NCBI GenBank assembly: GCA_041288095.1
Contig: JBGGMJ010000160.1
Span: 1-55,331, forward strand
DNA: 55,331 nucleotides
Direction: 5' to 3'
From: Myxococcota bacterium
Lineage (GTDB): Bacteria > Myxococcota > XYA12-FULL-58-9 > JALHOP01
Every line of letters begins with the position of its first letter. Position 1 is the stretch's first letter. This document shows, in pieces, positions 10,011-20,084 of this stretch. A program made the position numbers and the translations under genes. Below the pieces are notes generated by a model. It saw nothing but the letters and a program-made list of their open reading frames with translations. It did no database searches and was not told the origin of the DNA.

Positions 10011-10120
10011 GCCGCGCTAGCGATCCTGCCTGTCGGGGGGTCAATCGCGGCTCCGAGAACCGGCGCCGCCACCACACCCTCGTACATACCCGGACTTACG
10101 GAGGCATGGCTCCCTTCCGG

Positions 10121-11779
10121 CTAGCGTACGACGATCTTCAAGTGACCGATATCGTTGGGAGAAACGCCCATTTGTTCGATCTGGCCAACGAGCTCGCCCA
10201 CCGTCGCGCGGCGGGCCAGGCGCAGCTGCTTTCCGGAGCCGGTGGTTTGGGGGAGGGGGATCCACCCCGAGCCCAGGACCCGGGCATCGAAGAGACCGAG
10301 GTAGCCGTCGAGAAACTGCATGTCGACGCCTTGGCAGCCGCACGTCGCGATGAGGCTGGGAATGGCCCGGCGAGCGGTGCCGAGTGAGACGCCGGCGGCG
10401 AACGATTCGGCCGAGGCGCGGTAACCGGCGTAGCACGTACGACCGAGCTCCTCGCGGAAGATCTGTGGCACGAGGCCGACACGCAGGCTCGGCGCCGCGC
10501 CCTCGAGGTCCGCTGCTTCCTGACGCAAGCGGGGATGGCTCACCGTGCCCGGCAGCTTGATGGTGCGCGCCCCGACCAAGAGCCGTCCCTCGAGGCGCAC
10601 CTCGAGCATCTGGGTCATCTCCCGCAGGGTCGCCGCGATGTCGAGGAGTTGGCGCGCCTGCACCGACTGGTCGGCGTCGATGTACACGATCACCTGCTCG
10701 GCCTGCGGCATGGCTTGCGCGAGCGCCTGGCCCAGTTGATCGCGGTCGAGCGCGGCACCGCGGGTGCCGTTGCTGTCGACGACGTAGGTACCTTCGGGGC
10801 CGACGACGACGCGAGGTCCGCTCTCCTGACCGTATTGGACGAGCTCACCGGCGACCTGCGGCACACTCGTGTCGGCGGCGCTGTAGAGGGGGGTCATCGT
10901 TTGAATGCGGTTCGTCAAAGCGGACACATGATCACTGCAGCCGAAAAGACCTTCGCCGCCGCCAATCTGGCCGAGGTCAGGAGGGGCTTCGCCTGCTTCC
11001 GGCTGGGCGATGACCACGAGTGACTCACTGCGCCGCGACACGACCGGCTTGGCCTCGGCGGCCGCGGATCGGGCATCGGAGCTGTCGTCGAGATATTCGA
11101 TCGTCGAGCCCACGCGGGTCTCACCAATCAGCAGATCGCGCATCGACGCCTGGGCCTTTCCGCTAACGCGGACCTGAGCCTTGACGTTGCGGGTGTCCTC
11201 GATCTTGATGTCGGCGTTCTGCTCGCCGCTGACGCCGACGACGTTGAACGGGCCCTTGGGCGTGCGCTGTGTGCCTTCGCTGCGGAACGTCGCGATCACC
11301 GGCGTGCCTTCGCTCGTCGACAAGCTCGCCTGTCGCGGGCGGTCGTTGCGGATGGTGCGCAAGTCGAGTGGGCTCACCGGACCGGTGGCCTGCAGCGCCG
11401 AGAGGGTGCGGGTGACGAGCCCCGTCAGGCGATCGTCGAGGCCGTCCACCGCGAACTGCTGGAGGCGGCCGGTGGCTTCGAAGCTCGCGGTCACCGACTT
11501 GCCGATGAGGGATTCGGCGTTCTGGGTGGCGCCGTCGTCGAGGATGCGCGCGTCCGTGAACGTCAGCAGCGCGTCGAAGCTGCCGTCCGGGTTGACCTGG
11601 CGAACCTCGAGGTCGAAGACCAAGCGGTCATCGTCGATGCCGCGTCCCGTCTGCGTTGCCGTGGCCGCGGTGCCACGATAGTGGTCGCCCGCGGCAGGCT
11701 TGTGCAGCGATGGCGCACAGGCAAATGATGAAGCGGCGAACAAGAACGAGGAAAGAGCAGTCCTAGAGCGCGTGCGCAT
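10121..11779 (-). CDS. Putative lipoprotein (552 aa) with an ExbD/TolR-like motif in the C-terminal half
   Basis: Basic N-region, hydrophobic stretch and lipobox SFA-C; VYIDADQSVQARQLLDI resembles the ExbD periplasmic signature. Confidence 0.75.
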   Translation of the reverse strand: MRTRSRTALSSFLFAASSFACAPSLHKPAAGDHYRGTAATATQTGRGIDDDRLVFDLEVRQVNPDGSFDALLTFTDARILDDGATQNAESLIGKSVTASFEATGRLQQFAVDGLDDRLTGLVTRTLSALQATGPVSPLDLRTIRNDRPRQASLSTSEGTPVIATFRSEGTQRTPKGPFNVVGVSGEQNADIKIEDTRNVKAQVRVSGKAQASMRDLLIGETRVGSTIEYLDDSSDARSAAAEAKPVVSRRSESLVVIAQPEAGEAPPDLGQIGGGEGLFGCSDHVSALTNRIQTMTPLYSAADTSVPQVAGELVQYGQESGPRVVVGPEGTYVVDSNGTRGAALDRDQLGQALAQAMPQAEQVIVYIDADQSVQARQLLDIAATLREMTQMLEVRLEGRLLVGARTIKLPGTVSHPRLRQEAADLEGAAPSLRVGLVPQIFREELGRTCYAGYRASAESFAAGVSLGTARRAIPSLIATCGCQGVDMQFLDGYLGLFDARVLGSGWIPLPQTTGSGKQLRLARRATVGELVGQIEQMGVSPNDIGHLKIVVR

Positions 11780-11821
11780 ATGACCTTTACGCCTTCCATC
11801 GCGAGTCTCGCTAAAGACGGC

Positions 11822-12964
11822 GTGCCGATCAAACTTTCCCGACGTCTACCCACGGACATGACGCCGTCGGAGTTGACGCGCGCGGTCGAAGCGCTCGCAC
11901 CCCCGTACGACCTCACCGAGACCAACCCGACTCGCGTCGAGCTGGTTTATCCCGAAGGCGACTTGGCCTGGGCTTTGGGAGGCGCCACGGCGCTTGCCTC
12001 GTACGAACCGGACGCGATGGGCATGCGCTCGGCCCGTGACTTCTTGAGCGGTGTCGCTGGTGTTCCTGTCGACCACCTACTGGTGACCGCCAGCACCAGC
12101 GAGGCGTACGCTATAGCGATCAAGGCGTTCGTCGACCCGGGCGGGCTCGTGGCGGTGCCGCGGCCGAGCTACCCGCTGATCCCCCACCTCGCGCAGCTCG
12201 AGGGCGCCGAAACCGTTTGGTACGACCTCATCGCCGAGGAGCGCTTCCGTATCGATCTCGCGAGTCTCCAGCGCGCGCTCGTTGCGGGCGCCAAGGTGGT
12301 GGTGATCGTCAGCCCCAACAATCCCACGGGCTCGGTGGCGAGCGACGACGAGATCGCCGAAGCGGCGTTCCTGTGCGCCGAGCGTGGGGCGGTCCTCGTC
12401 ATCGACCGTGTCTTCGCGGCCTATGCGCTCGAAGGCGTCGTTCCGGAGCTTCCGAAGAATTTGCCTGGTCTCGTCATCGCCCTCGACGGCCTGTCGAAGC
12501 GCGCCGCCATGCCGCAGCTCAAGCTCGCCTGGATGGCCTTGCACGGCGATGCGGCGGACAGCGTCGCGTCGGCGCTCGCTTGGGTGAACGACGCCTATCT
12601 CTCGGCGGCAACGCCGGTGCAACGCGCGCTGCCCGCGATCTGGCCCCACGGCGAGGCAATGGCAGCTCAAATCGGCTCGCGGTTGCGCACCAACCTCGCG
12701 ACCTTGCGGGCAGGAGCGCTGTCCGTCAAAGCGGTGGGCGTCCTGCCGGTCGCCGCCGGCTGGAGTGTCGTGGTTCGCGTGCCGCGGGTCGTCGATGACG
12801 ACGGCTGGACGCTCGCATGCGCGCGCGCCGGTGTGAAAGTCGCGCCTGGCTACCTGTACGACTTCGACCGGCCGGGCTTCCTCGTGTTGAGCCTGCTGCC
12901 CAAGCCCCAAAGCTTCGCCGCGGGTGTTCGTCGCTTCATCACCGTGGCGCAGGAGCTGGTGTAG
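11822..12964 (+). CDS. PLP-dependent aminotransferase class I/II
   Basis: VVIVSPNNPTG, LVIDRVF, LDGLSK (PLP lysine). Start placed at GTG 11822; ATG 11780 is the alternative. Confidence 0.9.
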   Translation: MPIKLSRRLPTDMTPSELTRAVEALAPPYDLTETNPTRVELVYPEGDLAWALGGATALASYEPDAMGMRSARDFLSGVAGVPVDHLLVTASTSEAYAIAIKAFVDPGGLVAVPRPSYPLIPHLAQLEGAETVWYDLIAEERFRIDLASLQRALVAGAKVVVIVSPNNPTGSVASDDEIAEAAFLCAERGAVLVIDRVFAAYALEGVVPELPKNLPGLVIALDGLSKRAAMPQLKLAWMALHGDAADSVASALAWVNDAYLSAATPVQRALPAIWPHGEAMAAQIGSRLRTNLATLRAGALSVKAVGVLPVAAGWSVVVRVPRVVDDDGWTLACARAGVKVAPGYLYDFDRPGFLVLSLLPKPQSFAAGVRRFITVAQELV

Positions 12965-13003
12965 GCGCTTTGCCGGTGGCGGGGCTCACCGAGCTACCCG
13001 CGC

Positions 13004-13028
13004 TGTCACGTTTGCGCACCAAGTGACA
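13004..13028. promoter_or_regulatory. Inverted repeat TGTCAC-N13-GTGACA, candidate enhancer-binding-protein site
   Basis: Perfect 6-bp arms about 50 bp upstream of the sigma54 element. Confidence 0.45.
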
Positions 13029-13079
13029 TCTTTTGCGTGTGGGTGTGCCTCAAACCTGCCCGCAATGGCGGTCAAGCGA

Positions 13080-13095
13080 TGGCACGCGCGTTGCT
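13080..13095 (+). promoter_or_regulatory. sigma54 (RpoN) -24/-12 promoter
   Basis: TGGCACgcgcgTTGCT matches TGGCAC-N5-TTGC(A/T) with exact GG/GC spacing; GGAGGG RBS and ATG 13135 follow. Confidence 0.85.
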
Positions 13096-13134
13096 CATGT
13101 GGTTGGCAAGGCGCATCGCGCGGAGGGTTAACCG

Positions 13135-13509
13135 ATGGTCACCACGTCCACCCACAGTGCAGCAAGCGACGACCGTTCGTGTCTGGTTGGCCAGCTCGAA
13201 GCCTGGCCGCTCGAAGAGATCTTGCTGTGGCTGTACCAGTCGGAACGCTCGGCGGTGTTGCGCGTCGGCACCGGCCGCGAGCACGCGATGTTGCTGGTAC
13301 GCGGTGGCCAGCTCTCGCGCGTCGAATGGGGAGCGCGCATGGGTGAAGACGCTCTGATCGCCCTGTTCTCGATGCCCGCGGGCGCTTTCAACTTGATGCT
13401 GCGCGAACCGCCCGATGTCCGCGCGAACGTGCTGCGCCCGACCCCCGAGCTCCTGCTGCAATGCACCTTCGCCTACGAGGACAGCGACCGCCCGATGTAC
13501 CAGGCCTGA
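13135..13509 (+). CDS. Stand-alone DUF4388 (PatA-N-like) domain protein
   Basis: LVGQLEAWPLEEILLWL...RSAVLRV...GEDALIALF...GAFNL...ELLL follows the DUF4388 pattern. Confidence 0.75.
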   Translation: MVTTSTHSAASDDRSCLVGQLEAWPLEEILLWLYQSERSAVLRVGTGREHAMLLVRGGQLSRVEWGARMGEDALIALFSMPAGAFNLMLREPPDVRANVLRPTPELLLQCTFAYEDSDRPMYQA

Positions 13510-13604
13510 CGCGCACACATCGACCCGCATTGGATCCCTGACGCGAATTGGCAGCGCTGCCGCACTTGGTCAGCATGGCGCATGAGTCGGCTACACTCTG
13601 GGCG

Positions 13605-15332
13605 GTGACCCGCCTCTGCGTTCTTGCTGTCGTGGCAAGCTGCGCTGCTTGTGCCAAGCAGACGGTTGGTCTCATCGACCGCGCTTGTGACGTCGGTCAG
13701 TGTGCCGCGGGCTTCGCCTGCCTGGACGGCATCTGCCGTCCCTTCGTCGAGACCTCGAGCGCTGGGGCGCGGTGCGGCGAGGCCCTGGGTGTAGCCCCGT
13801 GCGTCGCCGGTGCCGGCGATTGCACGCAAGGCTGCCGTCAGTGCGTCGCCGGCGCCTGGAGCGAATGCCTCTACGATTGTCTGCTGACGGACGGTGCCTT
13901 CATTCGCGTCGAGTCGTGCAACACCCGCGACGACGATTGCGACGGCGCCGTCGACGAGGCTACCGATGCGCCGCAGGGCTGCTCCGACCGCTTCCTCGAC
14001 CAGGATGGTGACGGCCACGGCGCGGGGGAGGCGCGCTGCGCCTGTGCGATCGACAGCGACGGCTATGTCGCCGTCAGCTCCGATGACTGCAATGACGCAA
14101 ACGCCGCCATCTTCCCGGGCGCGGCCGACGCCTGTTTCGCCTGCGAGACCATCGTCGCGTGGAACCTCGACAACGACGGCGACGGCGTCGACGAGTGCGG
14201 TGGCGATTGCAACGACGCGAGCGCGAGTGTCGGCCCCGCGGTGCTCGAGGACATCACCAGCGGCAACTGCCGCGACGGCTTTGACAACGATTGCAGCGCG
14301 CAGAGCGATTGCGCCGACACGAATTGCACGGTGCCGCCGGCGCTCTTCCGCTACGGCCGTGTCGTCACCGTGACTCCGAATCCGACGCTGGCGGCGGGGT
14401 TCGGCATCGCCATCACCTTCGACCATGCGGCCTTGGTCGCCTCCGGCCGTGCGGCGCTCTTCGGCGGTGATGTTCGTGTTTTTGTGCGCGATAGCGGAGG
14501 GTTTCACGAGGTGCCGCGTGAGGTCGACGTGCTGAGCAGCTGGAATCGCGCCAATACGCGCTTGTGGGTGCGCAACGAGCATGCGCGCAGCGCCACGGAG
14601 ACCGACCTGCTCCTCGTCTACGGCGCCGGCCCCAACGTCACGACCTCGGCGATGACCGACACCGACGTCTACGCGCTTCGCGACGACTTCGACCGGCCGG
14701 ATTCAGCGCTCGGCACGCCGTGGGTCATTCCCAGCTCCTTCGGCATTCCCATGAGCGGCGGTGCCATTCGCTTGCCGGGCACCAGTAACGCCAACGCGAA
14801 CCCCGTCGCCGACCGTGTCTTCCCGGCCATCGAGAGTGGCCGCGTCGAGCTGACCGTGGCGATGAACAACAACGTGAGCGGCGAGACGGACTACGGCACC
14901 TTCGTGCACCTCGGGCGCAGCTTGCCCAACATCTTGGCCAGCACGGTCGTGAGCTCCGTGGCTTCGGCGGTGGTGCTCGGGTTCGGTAACTTCCCCGACA
15001 GCGATGCCGGCCCGGCCTTCGGCCCAAACCACTACTTCGGCGTGGCGGGTGGGACCTACTACGACTTCGGCGCGAGGACGGGAGCGCACGTCTTGCGGGC
15101 CATCGCCGACCTCGGCAGCCGTACGGTGAGCACGACTCTCGACGGTGTTGCGGTCACCGGCCCCGCGTTCGGCGATGCCGCCGTGACCGGAGTGGACACC
15201 TTGCGCCTCTCGGGGTGGCAGCTGTTGAACAGCGGCGGCATTACTTACGACTATGTGGCCGTGCGGGCGCTCCCCCCGGTCGAGGCCACGGTGGCCGTCG
15301 GGCCGGAGCTGGCCATAGGCCCGTGTCCTTGA
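13605..15332 (+). CDS. Cys-rich lipoprotein with MopE-like putative metal-binding repeats and a DUF2341-like/beta-sandwich C-terminus
   Basis: Lipoprotein-like signal ending CAA-C; repeats CNTRDDDCDGAVDE, DQDGDGHG, DCNDANAAIFPGA, CRDGFDNDC; then FDHAALVASG...DVRV...LWV. Start uncertain (13575 or 13605). Confidence 0.8.
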   Translation: MTRLCVLAVVASCAACAKQTVGLIDRACDVGQCAAGFACLDGICRPFVETSSAGARCGEALGVAPCVAGAGDCTQGCRQCVAGAWSECLYDCLLTDGAFIRVESCNTRDDDCDGAVDEATDAPQGCSDRFLDQDGDGHGAGEARCACAIDSDGYVAVSSDDCNDANAAIFPGAADACFACETIVAWNLDNDGDGVDECGGDCNDASASVGPAVLEDITSGNCRDGFDNDCSAQSDCADTNCTVPPALFRYGRVVTVTPNPTLAAGFGIAITFDHAALVASGRAALFGGDVRVFVRDSGGFHEVPREVDVLSSWNRANTRLWVRNEHARSATETDLLLVYGAGPNVTTSAMTDTDVYALRDDFDRPDSALGTPWVIPSSFGIPMSGGAIRLPGTSNANANPVADRVFPAIESGRVELTVAMNNNVSGETDYGTFVHLGRSLPNILASTVVSSVASAVVLGFGNFPDSDAGPAFGPNHYFGVAGGTYYDFGARTGAHVLRAIADLGSRTVSTTLDGVAVTGPAFGDAAVTGVDTLRLSGWQLLNSGGITYDYVAVRALPPVEATVAVGPELAIGPCP

Positions 15333-15456
15333 CGATCGCGGTCGCTTGAGCCTTTCTGACGCCGCGATCGCGGGGTTTTGGGAAAACGATCGGACCCCCC
15401 ACGTATTGGGTATGCGCCGACGAGTCCCTAACGCCTCGTCGTCGATTGGCAGGGCC

Positions 15457-18400
15457 ATGCGCATCAAGAGACTCGAGATCCACGGCTTCAAATCGTTCGC
15501 CGAGCGAGCCGTGCTCAACTTCGGGGAAGGCATCACCGGCGTCGTCGGCCCCAACGGCTGCGGCAAATCGAACATCGTCGATGCTCTTCGCTGGTGCATG
15601 GGCGAGATGAGCGCCAAGCACTTGCGTGGCCGGGCCATGCAAGACGTCATCTTCGCGGGCTCGGACAGCCGCGGACCGCTCGGCATGGCCGAGGTTACGA
15701 TCAGCTTCCACAACGACGGCAACGTACCGCCGCAATACGCCAGCTTCAGCGAGATCGCCGTGACGCGCCGCCTGCATCGCGACGGCAGCAGCGAATACCT
15801 GGTGAACAAGGTGCCGGCGCGGCTGCGCGACATCACCGATCTCTTCCTCGGTACCGGTGTCGGCACGCGCGCCTATTCGATCATCGAGCAAGGCCGCATC
15901 GGCTTCATCGTCAGCAGCAAGCCCGAAGATCGCCGCTCCCTCATCGAAGAGGTCGCCGGCATCACCAAGTTCAAGGCGCGCAAGAAGGCCGCCGAGCGGC
16001 GTATGGAGTCGACGCAGCAGAACTTGGATCGCGTCGGCGATGTCGTGAGCGAGCTCGAACGCCAGCTCCAATCGCTGCGCCGGCAGGCGCGCCGCGCCGA
16101 GAAGTACAAGGAGCTACGGACCGAGTTGCGCGATCTCGAGCTCCATCAAGCATCGCTCGAGATGTTGCGCGTCTCCGCGCTCGAAAAGCACGCCCACGGC
16201 GAAGCCGGGTTGCTGGCTCGTGACGCCGAAGACGCGCAGGCGGGTATCGCGGCGCGCGAGAGCAGCATCGAAGCCGATCGTCTGCGCTTGCTCGAGGTCG
16301 AGCGGGAGCTGCAGCGCGAGCATGCAGCGAGCGCCGAGCTCGACGCCAAGCTTGCTGCCTTGGAGCGCGACTTGTCGCACTGGCAGCGGCAGCGCGACGA
16401 AGCCATCGCTCGGGTGCATGCGGCGCGGCGCGATGTCGAGGACGCCGAGACGCGCCTGGCGGCGGCACGCAACGAGCACGAGAGTCACGATCACGCGCTC
16501 GGGCATCTGTCCGCTTCGGTGGACAGTGACCGCGAGCGCACCTACGCGCTCGAGACCGCGGTCGGCGAAATGCAGGCCCAGATCGCCGGACTCGATCGCG
16601 ACGCGGAGGCGCTGCGGCGCTCGGCGGTCGAGCACATCCACGAGGGGGCCCGCCAGCGCACGTTGATTGCCGCCATCGCCAAGCGCGACGTCGAGCTCAA
16701 GAATCGCTTGAGTCAGTCGAGCGCCGAGCTCGAAGACGTGGCGCGCCGGAGGGCGTTTGCGGAGGCGAAAGCCAGTGAGCTGACCGAGCGGCGCGACGTG
16801 TTGGCCGGCCAGATCAGCGAGTGGCGTGGGCGCGTCGCCGAGAACCGCGCTACCCTCGAGACCGCCATTCGGCAGGTCGGCGAGAGCGAGACGCGTTTGC
16901 GGTCGCTCCGCGATACGTTGGCCGAGCGGCGGTCGCGCTTGGAATCCCTGCAGGAGATCGCGCGGCGCTTCGAGGGCTACTCGGACGGCGTGCGCTCTCT
17001 CATGCGGCCCGACGGCGGCGAGCCGGCCGTTGCCGGTATCCGCGCCCTCATCACCGACGTTCTCGAGGTGCCCCCGGAGCTCGAGCGCGCGGTGGAAGCG
17101 GCGCTCGGCGAGCGTCTGCAGTACGTCGTCGTCGACGCACAGTCGGTCGGTGTGACTGCTATCGCGCACCTGCAACAGGTCGCCGGCGGCCGCAGCGGCT
17201 TCGTACCGATGACACCGCGTACCTCGGCGGTGACGGCGCGGGGCAATGCCCTCGATCGCGTCAAGGCGCGGCCCGGCTTCGAGAAGGTCGCCGAGTATCT
17301 TCTCGCCGACGTCAGCATCGCCGACTCGCTCGACGCGGCGTTGATGGCGTTCAGCGCCGATCAGAGCCCGCTGCGTTACGTCACCTCGACGGGCGAGGTG
17401 CTCGACGCCTTCGGCACTCTCATCGGTGGCTCGGAAGAGGGCACCGGTCTGCTCGCCAAGCGCCGCGAGATTCGTGAGCTCGAGGAGATCGTGGCGTCGC
17501 TCGACGCCGAGCACGAGACGGCTCGGGCCGACCACTTGCGGCTCGAGACCTCGCGCTTGCAGCTCGAAGTCGACATCCAGCAGCTCGAGAAAGACCTGCA
17601 CGCCGCGGACCTCGAGCGCATCGAGACCTCGAAAGATCTCGAGGCGGCGATGGCGGACGCCCAGCGTGCCGGCGACCGCGCCGAGATTGTCGAGTTCGAG
17701 CGCTCGCAAGCGAGCGACGAGCTGGCCAAGAGCGCCAGCGAGACCAGAACCGCGGAAGAAGCGGCCGGTCGAGCCGAGGAAGAGCAACGCAGCATCGAGC
17801 AGCGCGCCCGCGATCTCGCCGAGCGACGAGCCGCCATGGCCGAGGAGCTAGCGGCCCGGGCCGACGAGCTCACCCGCGCCAAGGTCGAAGGCGCGACGCG
17901 CGCCGAAAAGCTCACCGGCACCAAAGCCGCGGCGCAGCGCCTGCAGCAGACCATTCACGAGCTCACGCAGCGCATCGAGCGCGGCCAGGGCGCCATTCGC
18001 CACAACGAGACGGCGGGCCAGGAGCTCACGCAGCGCATCGACGAGGGCCAGCAGGTCGCATTGACGACCTCGGCGGAGGCATTGCGCCGGCGCGAAGAGC
18101 TCTCGGCGGCCCGCGATCGCTACGAAGCTGATCGCCAGAGCGTCGCGGTGGTCGAGCAAGCGCTACGCGAGCAACGCAAGAGCGGTGACGCGACGACCGA
18201 GCGGCTGACGGCCGTTCGCCTCGAGCTGCAGCGCTTGGAGCTCGAGCGCGTGCGCATCGGCGATCACATTCTCGAGCGCCACGATGTGCGCATCGAGCAC
18301 GTCATGACCGACTATCACCTGCGCCCGATGCCGGGACCCGAGGCGCGCCAGAAAGCGACCGAGCTCGACCGGGCCATCAAGGCGTTGGGCCCGATCAACC

Positions 18401-19002
18401 TTACCGCCATCGACGAGTGCGCCGAGATCGAGACGCGCTACGGCTTCCTGGTGACCCAGCGCGACGACCTGACCAACGCCCTCGACTCGTTGAAGCGCGC
18501 TATCCAGCGCATCAACCGCGCGTCGCGCGAGCGTTTCCAGGAGGCGTTCGATGCCGTCAACGAGATGTTTCAGCAGGTCTACCCGCGCTTGTTCCGCGGC
18601 GGTGTGGCGCGCCTCGAGCTCATCCAGGGCCAAGACGACGTGCTCGAGTCGGGTGTCGAGATCATCGCGCAGCCCCCAGGTAAGAAGCTGCAGAACGTCT
18701 CGCTGCTCTCCGGCGGCGAAAAGGCGCTGACCGCGACCGCGCTGGTGTTCGCGATCTTCCTCATCAAGCCCTCACCGTTCTGCGTGCTCGACGAGGTCGA
18801 CGCGCCGCTCGACGAGGCGAACGTTGGTCGCTTCAACGAGATGCTGCGTGAGATTTCGAAGATTTCGCAGTTCATCGTCATCACCCACAACAAAAACACC
18901 ATGTCGCAGGCGGACAAGCTCTACGGCGTCACCATGCAGGAGCCGGGTATGAGCACGCTGGTTTCGGTCAATCTCGACGAAAAGAAGGTCGAGGCAGCCT
19001 GA
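15457..19002 (+). CDS. smc: Chromosome segregation protein SMC
   Basis: MRIKRLEIHGFKSF, Walker A GPNGCGKSN, IIEQG, long coiled coils and hinge, LSGGE signature, Walker B VLDEVDAPLD. Confidence 0.97.
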   Translation: MRIKRLEIHGFKSFAERAVLNFGEGITGVVGPNGCGKSNIVDALRWCMGEMSAKHLRGRAMQDVIFAGSDSRGPLGMAEVTISFHNDGNVPPQYASFSEIAVTRRLHRDGSSEYLVNKVPARLRDITDLFLGTGVGTRAYSIIEQGRIGFIVSSKPEDRRSLIEEVAGITKFKARKKAAERRMESTQQNLDRVGDVVSELERQLQSLRRQARRAEKYKELRTELRDLELHQASLEMLRVSALEKHAHGEAGLLARDAEDAQAGIAARESSIEADRLRLLEVERELQREHAASAELDAKLAALERDLSHWQRQRDEAIARVHAARRDVEDAETRLAAARNEHESHDHALGHLSASVDSDRERTYALETAVGEMQAQIAGLDRDAEALRRSAVEHIHEGARQRTLIAAIAKRDVELKNRLSQSSAELEDVARRRAFAEAKASELTERRDVLAGQISEWRGRVAENRATLETAIRQVGESETRLRSLRDTLAERRSRLESLQEIARRFEGYSDGVRSLMRPDGGEPAVAGIRALITDVLEVPPELERAVEAALGERLQYVVVDAQSVGVTAIAHLQQVAGGRSGFVPMTPRTSAVTARGNALDRVKARPGFEKVAEYLLADVSIADSLDAALMAFSADQSPLRYVTSTGEVLDAFGTLIGGSEEGTGLLAKRREIRELEEIVASLDAEHETARADHLRLETSRLQLEVDIQQLEKDLHAADLERIETSKDLEAAMADAQRAGDRAEIVEFERSQASDELAKSASETRTAEEAAGRAEEEQRSIEQRARDLAERRAAMAEELAARADELTRAKVEGATRAEKLTGTKAAAQRLQQTIHELTQRIERGQGAIRHNETAGQELTQRIDEGQQVALTTSAEALRRREELSAARDRYEADRQSVAVVEQALREQRKSGDATTERLTAVRLELQRLELERVRIGDHILERHDVRIEHVMTDYHLRPMPGPEARQKATELDRAIKALGPINLTAIDECAEIETRYGFLVTQRDDLTNALDSLKRAIQRINRASRERFQEAFDAVNEMFQQVYPRLFRGGVARLELIQGQDDVLESGVEIIAQPPGKKLQNVSLLSGGEKALTATALVFAIFLIKPSPFCVLDEVDAPLDEANVGRFNEMLREISKISQFIVITHNKNTMSQADKLYGVTMQEPGMSTLVSVNLDEKKVEAA

Positions 19003-19020
19003 TCGGCTATCGGCTATCGA
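19002..19020 (+). repeat. Short CTATCGG-type heptamer run after the smc stop codon
   Basis: ATCGG CTATCGG CTATCGA, the same unit as 68-102. Confidence 0.6.
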
Positions 19021-19068
19021 CACCCCGCAACCCTTGATTGGACGCGGATCTAGCAGGTAAAGAGGCGC

Positions 19069-19548
19069 ATGCTCGAAGCACACCTACCGCTGTTCCTCAT
19101 GGTGATCTTGGCGACCGGGCTAGGCGCGCTCCTCCTCACCCTGTCGAACTTTCTCGGCCCCCGTCGCCCGACCAAGGTGAAGCTCGAGGTTTTCGAGTGC
19201 GGTAACCCGCCGACGGGACCAGCCCGCGAGCGCTTCAACGTCAAATTCTATCTCGTTGCGATCCTCTTTCTCGTCTTCGACATCGAAGCGGTCTTCATCT
19301 ACCCGTGGGCCGTGACCTTCGGGGACGCGGTGCGCGGTAAGAGCTCGCTGGCTCCGGCCGCGCTCGCCGGCTCCATGCTCGTGTTCGCGGGTCTCCTCGT
19401 GGTGAGCTTGATCTACGAGTGGCGCAAGGGCGCGCTCGAGTGGGCGGGCCGCGAGGCCGACGACAACGTCGAAGAAACCGCTCACGGGACGGTGACCGCC
19501 GTCCACGGGCGTGAGACCAAGTCCACCGTCAGCCACCACGCGGCCTGA
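19069..19548 (+). CDS. nuoA: NADH-quinone oxidoreductase subunit A
   Basis: K...FECG, FNVKFYLVAILFLVFDIE, YEWRKGALEW. Confidence 0.95.
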   Translation: MLEAHLPLFLMVILATGLGALLLTLSNFLGPRRPTKVKLEVFECGNPPTGPARERFNVKFYLVAILFLVFDIEAVFIYPWAVTFGDAVRGKSSLAPAALAGSMLVFAGLLVVSLIYEWRKGALEWAGREADDNVEETAHGTVTAVHGRETKSTVSHHAA

Positions 19549-19556
19549 GGCATACG

Positions 19557-20081
19557 ATGAAAGACGAAGACATCATCCACAACGAGGTGCTGGTTACCCG
19601 GCGAGCGGACGCCGAGAGCTGGTTGCGCCAGACCATCGAGCGCATGAGCCAGCCGGGTATCAACTGGAGCCGCAAGTTCTCGCTCTTCAACTACCCCTTC
19701 GTGACCGCCTGCTGCGGCATGGAGTTCATGTCGGTCAACGGCCCGCGTTACGACATGGCGCAATACGGCGCCGAGTTCCCGCGCTTCTCTCCGCGCCAGG
19801 CGGACCTCATTTGGATCGTCGGCACCATCACTCAGAAGCAGGCGCCCATCTTGCGCCGCGTCTGGGAGCAGATGGCCGAGCCCAAGTGGGCCATCGCCTT
19901 CGGTGTCTGCGCCTCGACGGGCGGCTTCTACGACAACTACTGCACCGTGCAGGGCGCCGACCGCATCATCCCGATCGACGTTTACATCCCCGGCTGTCCG
20001 CCGCGTCCCGAGCAGATCATCGACGGCTTGCGCCTGCTCATGGACAAGATCCAGACCGAGCACGGCCGCGTGATGGTGTAG
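19557..20081 (+). CDS. nuoB: NADH-quinone oxidoreductase subunit B
   Basis: ACCGME, SPRQAD, GVCASTGG, DVYIPGCPPRPE (N2 cluster ligands). Confidence 0.96.
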   Translation: MKDEDIIHNEVLVTRRADAESWLRQTIERMSQPGINWSRKFSLFNYPFVTACCGMEFMSVNGPRYDMAQYGAEFPRFSPRQADLIWIVGTITQKQAPILRRVWEQMAEPKWAIAFGVCASTGGFYDNYCTVQGADRIIPIDVYIPGCPPRPEQIIDGLRLLMDKIQTEHGRVMV

Positions 20082-20084
20082 CTC

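Noticed and set aside
11777..11782. Zero-gap divergent starts (CATATG) of the lipoprotein and the aminotransferase
   Set aside because: The aminotransferase more plausibly starts at GTG 11822, leaving a short normal gap.
15457..19002. SMC as a Wadjet/MksB or other defence ATPase
   Set aside because: Canonical housekeeping SMC sequence with a hinge and no jet/mks partner genes.
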